64,000 bases of DNA from positions 80,888-144,887 of the IMG/VR virus record IMGVR_UViG_3300042691_015370; one strand, 5' to 3'. The notes beneath the pieces were generated by a model that had not been told where the DNA came from, did no database searches, and saw only the letters and a list, made by a program, of their open reading frames with translations. The stretch comes from a virus. Shown here piece by piece: positions 58,191 through 64,000 of the stretch (position 1 is the stretch's first letter; the number at the start of each line of letters is the position of its first letter). Both the position numbers and the translations under genes were made by a program.

Positions 58191-58348
58191 ACGCAAGAAC
58201 GTCAGTCTGGCTGGATTGATCCCCGGACCTGACAACGTGTGGGTCTAGCACTAGGTAAGAATTGTTGGCCTCGTTTAGAGTGTTTGAGCCGCAATCGCCC
58301 ACACAACCATCGCAAGTTCCCAACCCGCCTTTAAGGAGGCACCCAGCA

Positions 58349-58609
58349 ATGACCACCATCACCACCCTGACCACCTACACCGCCATCTTCGCCGTGGGCG
58401 ACCACAAGCTGCCCATCAAGGTGGCCGCTGCCAACCGAGGTGAGGCGACCAACCTCGCCCGCAAGATCCTGCGGGAGCGCATCGGTGACCCCACCTACGG
58501 CAACTTCCCGATCTCGGTCGTGGAGCAGCCCGTGAAGGTGGGTGCCCGTGCCATCGCCACCAACCCCACGGTGGTGAAGCGCAAGGTGCGTACCCGCACC
58601 CAGAGCTAG
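58349..58609 (+). CDS. Hypothetical protein
   Basis: AAGGAGG RBS, GC3 bias. Confidence 0.65.
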   Translation: MTTITTLTTYTAIFAVGDHKLPIKVAAANRGEATNLARKILRERIGDPTYGNFPISVVEQPVKVGARAIATNPTVVKRKVRTRTQS

Positions 58610-58656
58610 TTCCCTAGCTAACCAACCCAACCAACCACGACGCCACAGGAGGCAAC

Positions 58657-58884
58657 GTGAGCAACACTCCCATCCGTACCGTGACGGTCAAGCCCCTCGC
58701 TCTCAAGCAGGAGCAGGGCCGTCGCCGCAACAACAAGTCCCGCCCCGCAGGCGAGAAGGTCCGCACCAAGGCGTACTACCTCGCTGCCTTCAGCAAGTCC
58801 GAGATGGATGCGCTGGTGGCCGGTGAGACTGTGACCAAGACCTACAAGTCCGGTCGCACCGAGAGCTACGTGCTCGCCAAGTGA
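58657..58884 (+). CDS. Hypothetical basic protein
   Basis: AGGAGG RBS, GTG start. Confidence 0.65.
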   Translation: MSNTPIRTVTVKPLALKQEQGRRRNNKSRPAGEKVRTKAYYLAAFSKSEMDALVAGETVTKTYKSGRTESYVLAK

Positions 58885-58889
58885 GTTAC

Positions 58890-58916
58890 CGTCCTGAGCA
58901 TGACGTTAAACTACTC
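58890..58916 (+). repeat. Pseudoknot motif copy 6
   Basis: CGTC-CTGAGCAT-GACG-TTAAAC-TACTC. Confidence 0.7.
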
Positions 58917-59056
58917 AACGGTCTAACATAGCCACCTAAACATGAGTCCAAATGCGGCAGTTTGGGAAAGCAAAGTATGTTCGGCCCCCGGTGGTGAGCA
59001 AGCAATCCGGCGCTAAGCTATTAGCGATAGTGCGACTAGTGACCACAAATAGCATG

Positions 59057-59143
59057 AACGGTTAGGTAAGTAGGCAGACGTGAATGCGCTTGGGGGTGTT
59101 ACAGCCGTCAAGAAGCGGGTTAAACTCCCGCCTAACCGTTTCA
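59057..59143 (+). ncRNA. Degenerate tRNA-like element
   Basis: AACGGTTAG/CTAACCGTT stem and GCGGG-TTAAACT-CCCGC T-arm; irregular D and anticodon arms. Confidence 0.45.
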
Positions 59144-59144
59144 T

Positions 59145-59218
59145 GCGGGTAAGCGTAGGCTGTGCCGGTCAGATTCCAAACCTGTACCGCTGGGGTTCGA
59201 TTCCCTGTACCCGTGCCA
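59145..59218 (+). tRNA. tRNA, probably Trp(CCA), with atypical D and anticodon arms
   Basis: Acceptor GCGGGTA/TACCCGT, discriminator G, encoded CCA, T-loop GGTTCGATTCC, anticodon loop TTCCAAA. Confidence 0.6.
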
Positions 59219-59242
59219 CACGACACCCTTTAAGGAGGGATG

Positions 59243-59401
59243 ATGAGCAAGCCCAAGAGCAACGTCCCTCCCACACCGAGGGCAGACCCCCGCATGTGGC
59301 GGGTCAACCAGCGTGCAGTCAAGCACGCCATCCAGCCCAAGAAGAACGACCGCAACGCTTGCCGCAAGAACAAGGGCAGGCGCAACCGAGAGGACTACTG
59401 A
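59243..59401 (+). CDS. Small basic protein (52 aa, not in track)
   Basis: AAGGAGG RBS; MSKPKSNVPPTPRADPRMWR... Confidence 0.55.
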   Translation: MSKPKSNVPPTPRADPRMWRVNQRAVKHAIQPKKNDRNACRKNKGRRNREDY

Positions 59402-59595
59402 TGAGCAAGCCGATGGGCTGGGCCACCACCACGACAAAGTTCATCCACCGCAATGGCGTGGTGGAACTTCGCTCCGACGACCCCACTGCCACCGTGTGTA
59501 GTGAGTGTGGACGTGGCTGGGACGACAGCGTGTCCACCGCAACGACGCCCGCACCCGCTGGCCGGTGTCCCTTTGAGTACGAGCACGGAAGGTAA
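59401..59595 (+). CDS. Small Cys-containing protein
   Basis: CSECGRGWDD...GRCPFEYEH. Confidence 0.6.
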   Translation: MSKPMGWATTTTKFIHRNGVVELRSDDPTATVCSECGRGWDDSVSTATTPAPAGRCPFEYEHGR

Positions 59596-59598
59596 GTC

Positions 59599-60144
59599 AT
59601 GGCTGACATCTTCGCAACCGCAGACCTACACCTTGGGCATGACTTCGTAGGCTGTGGTATCCGTGGCTTCGACACGGTGCAGGACCACGACGACTACATC
59701 ACCCATGTGTGGAACAGCACCATCCGTCCCCGTGACGAGGTGTGGTTCCTTGGTGACTTCCGCATGGGACAGTGCTCACAGGAGCGTGCCCGTAGCATCT
59801 TCCACTCACTGCATGGGATCAAGCACATGGTGCGTGGCAACCATGACCCCAAGTGGGTGACTGAGCTAGGGTGGAGCAGCGTGCATGACCTTGTGCGCCG
59901 CAAGCTGAACGGTCACACCTACATCATGTGCCACTACCCGATGCTGACGTGGCCCAATGCACACCACGGATCGTGGCACCTGCACGGACACTCGCACGGG
60001 AACCTGAACGCACCTGAGTCCACACGTATGGACGTGGGCATCGACTGCCACCCTGAGCGTCGGCCTTTCTCCATTGACGAGATCGAAGCCATCCTGTCCA
60101 CCCGTACCTACGACTTCGTAGACCACCACACCGACGACGACTAG
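59599..60144 (+). CDS. Calcineurin-like phosphoesterase
   Basis: ADLHLGH, FLGDF, RGNHD, CHYP, LHGHSH. Confidence 0.9.
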   Translation: MADIFATADLHLGHDFVGCGIRGFDTVQDHDDYITHVWNSTIRPRDEVWFLGDFRMGQCSQERARSIFHSLHGIKHMVRGNHDPKWVTELGWSSVHDLVRRKLNGHTYIMCHYPMLTWPNAHHGSWHLHGHSHGNLNAPESTRMDVGIDCHPERRPFSIDEIEAILSTRTYDFVDHHTDDD

Positions 60145-60152
60145 GAGTCATC

Positions 60153-60458
60153 ATGTTCTGGCTAGCCTCAGTGTCCAGCAACAGCAGCGACGACGGCTTG
60201 CAGGGTCCGTACAACACCCTGACCGAAGCGGCCGAGGATCGCATCGTCGCTGCACAGGTAGTGGTGAACGACAACGGCCACATCGTCAAGGACGACACAT
60301 GGTTGTGGGACTGGGAGCGCAACACTGGCTCTGCGTCCTACGCATGGAGAATGCTCCACGGTGAGGGCGAGTGGGTCGCTCGTCACAACAAGTTCGGCAC
60401 AGGCTGGCAGAGCCACAACCCTGTGCTCCCGCCCGGACACTACAAGGATGGCCGATGA
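60153..60458 (+). CDS. Hypothetical protein
   Basis: AGGAG RBS. Confidence 0.55.
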   Translation: MFWLASVSSNSSDDGLQGPYNTLTEAAEDRIVAAQVVVNDNGHIVKDDTWLWDWERNTGSASYAWRMLHGEGEWVARHNKFGTGWQSHNPVLPPGHYKDGR

Positions 60459-60640
60459 GGATTGAGTACGTGTCATCCGTAAGCGAGGGCATGGTGCGGT
60501 TCTACCGTTCGGATGATGGCTACGAGGGTTTCCATTTCATGTCCCTCTCGTCATTCAGGGAGTACCTCGCACAAGAACGAGCAAGTCTCGACAAGCTAGA
60601 GACAGAGCTAGCTGAACTCATGGAGGACGAAGATGTTTGA
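60455..60640 (+). CDS. Hypothetical protein
   Basis: ATGA overlap. Confidence 0.5.
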   Translation: MRIEYVSSVSEGMVRFYRSDDGYEGFHFMSLSSFREYLAQERASLDKLETELAELMEDEDV

Positions 60641-60935
60641 TTGCCTGCACATCGACAACCACAACGTCCCGCTCTGCGGGGCCGCTGGCTTCGACCGTGA
60701 CATGGTTGTGGCCGAGGCGACCTTCACCGAGAATCCCTACGGGGACCGTCGGTGCTGGGAGTGTGCCAGCATCATCGGAGTAGACCTGACTCCTACCCTG
60801 CCCACCATCGACCCGGAGGATGACTACGAGGGTGACGACACTGCCGAGGCTCTGCGGCATGACCGTCTAAGCTCAGAGTTCTGTGGATTCTGTGCCACCC
60901 GCCACCACCCCAACCAGCCCTGTCAGGAGGACTGA
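60633..60935 (+). CDS. Hypothetical Cys/His-rich protein
   Basis: CWEC and CGFC...HH..QPC. Confidence 0.55.
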   Translation: MFDCLHIDNHNVPLCGAAGFDRDMVVAEATFTENPYGDRRCWECASIIGVDLTPTLPTIDPEDDYEGDDTAEALRHDRLSSEFCGFCATRHHPNQPCQED

Positions 60936-60936
60936 T

Positions 60937-61122
60937 ATGTGGATCACCATGGGCACCAAGTTCAGCGACCCCGCTGATGAGAGCATCGTCTGGGAAGTCA
61001 ACCCCGGCTCGGTGTTCGATGACGACACCTTCCAAGCAGAACTGATCGCCGGTCCTGAGGGCAGGCTCGGTGAGATGACGCTGTTCACCCGTGCAGACAT
61101 CGAAGCGGGACTGTTGCCATGA
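60937..61122 (+). CDS. Hypothetical protein
   Basis: AGGAGG RBS. Confidence 0.55.
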   Translation: MWITMGTKFSDPADESIVWEVNPGSVFDDDTFQAELIAGPEGRLGEMTLFTRADIEAGLLP

Positions 61123-61313
61123 GTGAGCGTCAGTTCACAGACCGTCAGTTGATCGTCAAGCTGCTTGACGAGAACCTCAAAGCCCTACACCCGAGTCGTG
61201 GCAAGGAGAACGCACGACTGGTGCGCCTTGTGTGTGAGGAAATCGGTGCCTGTGAGGACGATTTCTTGGCACGACACATCAAGCGAGACAAGAAGGCATG
61301 GGGCCTTGACTGA
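61119..61313 (+). CDS. Hypothetical protein
   Basis: ATGA overlap. Confidence 0.5.
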   Translation: MSERQFTDRQLIVKLLDENLKALHPSRGKENARLVRLVCEEIGACEDDFLARHIKRDKKAWGLD

Positions 61314-61478
61314 GGACAAGGTGTTCTTCTACGTCGTGCGGCACTTGGGCAAGGACGGACATGAGGTGTATGTGGGACCGTTCGACTACAAGTTCCAAGC
61401 ACGCAAGTACCTGCTAGACGAAACTGGTTCACCGAACGGTGGGCTAGTGATCCTCGTACTGACACCCAAGGACAGCAA

Positions 61479-61748
61479 GTGAGAACACACGTCGAAGTGC
61501 GGCCCACGATGCAGCAGACCATCGACATCACAAGGGCACAGGATCACGCATGGGGTGTGGGTTCATGGGGTGCTGGTGAGTTCTGGGGCATCATCCTGAA
61601 GAATCTGGATGGCAAGTTCGATGTCCAGATCAACAACAACATGGGCATCCATCCCTTGATGGGTCAGACGAGTACCTTGGAGAATGCCAAAGCTATGATC
61701 CGCAAGCATATTGAGTTCGCTGTCCACTGCACACCTGAGAGAGACTGA
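61479..61748 (+). CDS. Hypothetical protein
   Basis: GTGA overlap. Confidence 0.5.
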   Translation: MRTHVEVRPTMQQTIDITRAQDHAWGVGSWGAGEFWGIILKNLDGKFDVQINNNMGIHPLMGQTSTLENAKAMIRKHIEFAVHCTPERD

Positions 61749-62333
61749 CATTCCTACCGCAACTGTCGGTGTCGTAGACGTAGAGCTACGAGAGATGAGC
61801 AAGGGCCACTACGTTGTGGTGGTCGCACACAGCAAGTTCGGCTTGCTGTACGAGATCCAGATTGACGAGTTCGACAAAGACTCACTGGTGCAGGGCATCG
61901 AAATCGAATGCATCGACCGGATCAACAACGTGTCGCTAGACATCAACACCTTGGAGGATGTGTGAGTTCTGGGGGATACTGGTCGGTTGACTGGTATTGG
62001 CAGAGAGTCAAGGCAATGCGAGAGGCGGCAAACCTTTCGTGCCCTGACTTGCCCGACCATTGGGAGCCGATGGAACGACTCGCTTACCGTAGTGGGTGGC
62101 AGGACGCAATGAAGAAGGTCAAGGAGGCAGGCAAGTGAGTGACGTGCGATACATGCGGGTGGTTGGTCAGTGTGACAACACCACCTTCACCAAGCGACTG
62201 CTGACCTGTGGCACTGATGAGCAGACGCTGAACCTGCTCAACGACAGTTACCCCGGTGTCCACTTCTTTCAGGTGCTGGAGTGTGCAGAGTTGGGTGACC
62301 ACATCATCAAGTTCGTAGACTGAGGGAGAACAC

Positions 62334-62561
62334 ATGGCCGGTACCCTGAACACGATGCCCTTCTACGTCCAGCGTGAGTTGCTGGGCCGAGACTGGCACG
62401 AGTGCGTGTCTCAGCGTGACCTGAGGATGGTGTCGAACTACCGCAAGGTTGAGAACCGACGCACCCGTGCGCAGACCAAGCAGGCACTGCGACAGGAGCG
62501 TTACGACGATTTGCCCACACACTCCACGGCCCGAGGTTCGGCGCTGTGGCTGGCCTACTGA
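62334..62561 (+). CDS. Hypothetical basic protein
   Basis: GGGAG RBS. Confidence 0.55.
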   Translation: MAGTLNTMPFYVQRELLGRDWHECVSQRDLRMVSNYRKVENRRTRAQTKQALRQERYDDLPTHSTARGSALWLAY

Positions 62562-62571
62562 GAGGTTGACG

Positions 62572-63057
62572 ATGGATCTGATCGACTACATCTACGACGA
62601 GTGCCAGCGTCAGCATGTTGGAAACTACGGCGACTTTGCTACTGGCTGGCAGATCGCCAGAGATCGTGAAAGTGTCGGTTCTTGGCAGGAATTCGCAATC
62701 TTTGTCATGAGGATTGCAAGGGCAGTGGATTACGCCAACCTTTACCGTCCCGGTGAGGGTGAGAATCTGCGTACTTCACACGTTGGCTTCATGCACGGTG
62801 GCTCTGCTGCCCCTGCTGGCGAGGTTCGTGAACGGTTCGACCGCTGGTGCGAGTTCACTCACGAGTGGTTGCGAGATTGGGGGCCAATGGTTGATGGCTT
62901 GCAGCCCCCATACGAGATTGACTCTCTCATCAAGCAGTTGCTCGACATCCACCCGTGGGCCGATGGCAATGGTCGCACTGCAAGTATCCTTCGCAACTGG
63001 ATGCTGAGACAACTCGATGATCCCGAGCCGCTACCGTTTTACTACGGAGATACCTGA
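62572..63057 (+). CDS. Fic/Doc-family protein
   Basis: HPWADGNGRTAS motif. Confidence 0.85.
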   Translation: MDLIDYIYDECQRQHVGNYGDFATGWQIARDRESVGSWQEFAIFVMRIARAVDYANLYRPGEGENLRTSHVGFMHGGSAAPAGEVRERFDRWCEFTHEWLRDWGPMVDGLQPPYEIDSLIKQLLDIHPWADGNGRTASILRNWMLRQLDDPEPLPFYYGDT

Positions 63058-63449
63058 TGATCCTCGTGATTGATGACGAGCGCACGTTCGCTCAAGACCC
63101 AAACCTTGTTGGTTACGTTGATTGGGTGTATGCCCGCACGTCCGACGAGGGAATCGTTGCCATCGTCAAGGCATGGACCAACTACGCCCTGCACTATGGG
63201 AACATGGTCGATCTGTACCTTGACCACGATCTTGGTGAGGGTGACACGATCATGCCGGTCGTAGACTTCCTGTATGTGGCCGGAAGGCAGTCAGGTATCA
63301 TGAATCCATCTGACATGGTACGCCCACCGCAGTTCATCAGCAACATCTTCATTCATTCGCAGAACCCTACTGCGGGTGATACGATCATCCCCCTGCTCTC
63401 CCCCCTTTACAGTAACGTGCAGCGCATCCCGCTGCCCAAGCTTGTGTGA
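63057..63449 (+). CDS. Stand-alone receiver-like domain (cyclic-phosphate-processing receiver type)
   Basis: LVIDDER, LYLDHDLG, IHSQNP. Confidence 0.75.
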   Translation: MILVIDDERTFAQDPNLVGYVDWVYARTSDEGIVAIVKAWTNYALHYGNMVDLYLDHDLGEGDTIMPVVDFLYVAGRQSGIMNPSDMVRPPQFISNIFIHSQNPTAGDTIIPLLSPLYSNVQRIPLPKLV

Positions 63450-63456
63450 GGTAACC

Positions 63457-63687
63457 ATGCAACTAACCGTTGATCTCTACATCACGGACCCGTTTGACGA
63501 AGTGCAGACTCCGTGGCAGATAGAGTGGAACTATGGCAGTAAGATCGCTGCCGTCCGGTGTCGTCAGCCCTACATGGAGTGGCCGGTCGAGTTGGAGATT
63601 TCTCCCTTTGCTACGCTCGCTGGTGTGAAGCAGACGCTGACGCTGGTGTTGCGTACCCATGTTCGTGACCTGACAGGAATCGGTTGA
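63457..63687 (+). CDS. Hypothetical protein
   Basis: GAGG RBS. Confidence 0.5.
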   Translation: MQLTVDLYITDPFDEVQTPWQIEWNYGSKIAAVRCRQPYMEWPVELEISPFATLAGVKQTLTLVLRTHVRDLTGIG

Positions 63688-63893
63688 TGACTCCACGCAC
63701 TGAGAGTGTGATGATCCGTTGCTTGCAAACCTTCATGGCTTTGGTCATCGTAGGCTTTGTTGGCAACTTCGTGTACGAGGCGCACAAGATGTTCACCAAG
63801 GGTGACAACGTTGGTGGATGGATGGCTCTAGGAGTGGCGGCAGTGTTTGTCGCCATCGGAGTGCTGGGTTGGCTGGCACAGGAGGATGACTAA
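63684..63893 (+). CDS. Small membrane protein
   Basis: Two hydrophobic segments. Confidence 0.55.
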   Translation: MMTPRTESVMIRCLQTFMALVIVGFVGNFVYEAHKMFTKGDNVGGWMALGVAAVFVAIGVLGWLAQEDD

Positions 63894-64000
63894 TGGCTAA
63901 GCAGAGTTTGGTTGAGTCCTTTGAGGACTGTTACGGCGTGAAGCTTCCCACCTGTCGGGAAGTGTGCCCTGAGTGTGACGGATACGGTGAGTATGTGCAT

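Noticed and set aside
1-64000. Stop-codon reassignment or integrase/lysogeny module
   Set aside because: Known genes translate full length in the standard code and no recombinase is visible in this window.

Overview
This window is part of a large lytic-looking siphovirus genome. The host is probably in the Actinomycetota, inferred from the WhiG/FliA-like sigma factor, PIN-PhoH, ThyX, class II RNR and actinophage-style virion genes. (1) 1-29.4 kb, minus strand: virion module. It holds terminase, portal, protease, scaffold, capsid, head-tail genes, collagen/Mtd-N fibre genes, major tail protein and a -1 frameshifted tail chaperone. It ends in a tape-measure ORF of more than 2,700 aa that runs off the left edge and is absent from the ORF track. 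(2) 29.5-35.5 kb: operon of six glycosyltransferases and two methyltransferases. (3) 35.5-54.4 kb: nucleotide metabolism, regulation and lysis genes. (4) From about 54.6 kb: an abrupt switch to a higher-GC, plus-strand region of small genes interleaved with about 2 kb of apparently structured non-coding sequence. Main findings from manual translation and pairing, with no database searches run: (a) the tape-measure protein carries about 2,500 aa of N-terminal cargo with a GNAT domain, two HExxH metallopeptidase domains and two duplicated kinase-like domains, suggesting an injected polyvalent effector; (b) a roughly 650-nt structured RNA candidate lies behind a strong promoter; (c) a repeated, covarying H-type pseudoknot motif occurs alongside several tRNA-like elements; (d) an unlinked gene's first 40 aa are a 21/40-identical ungapped copy of the major tail protein N-terminus.
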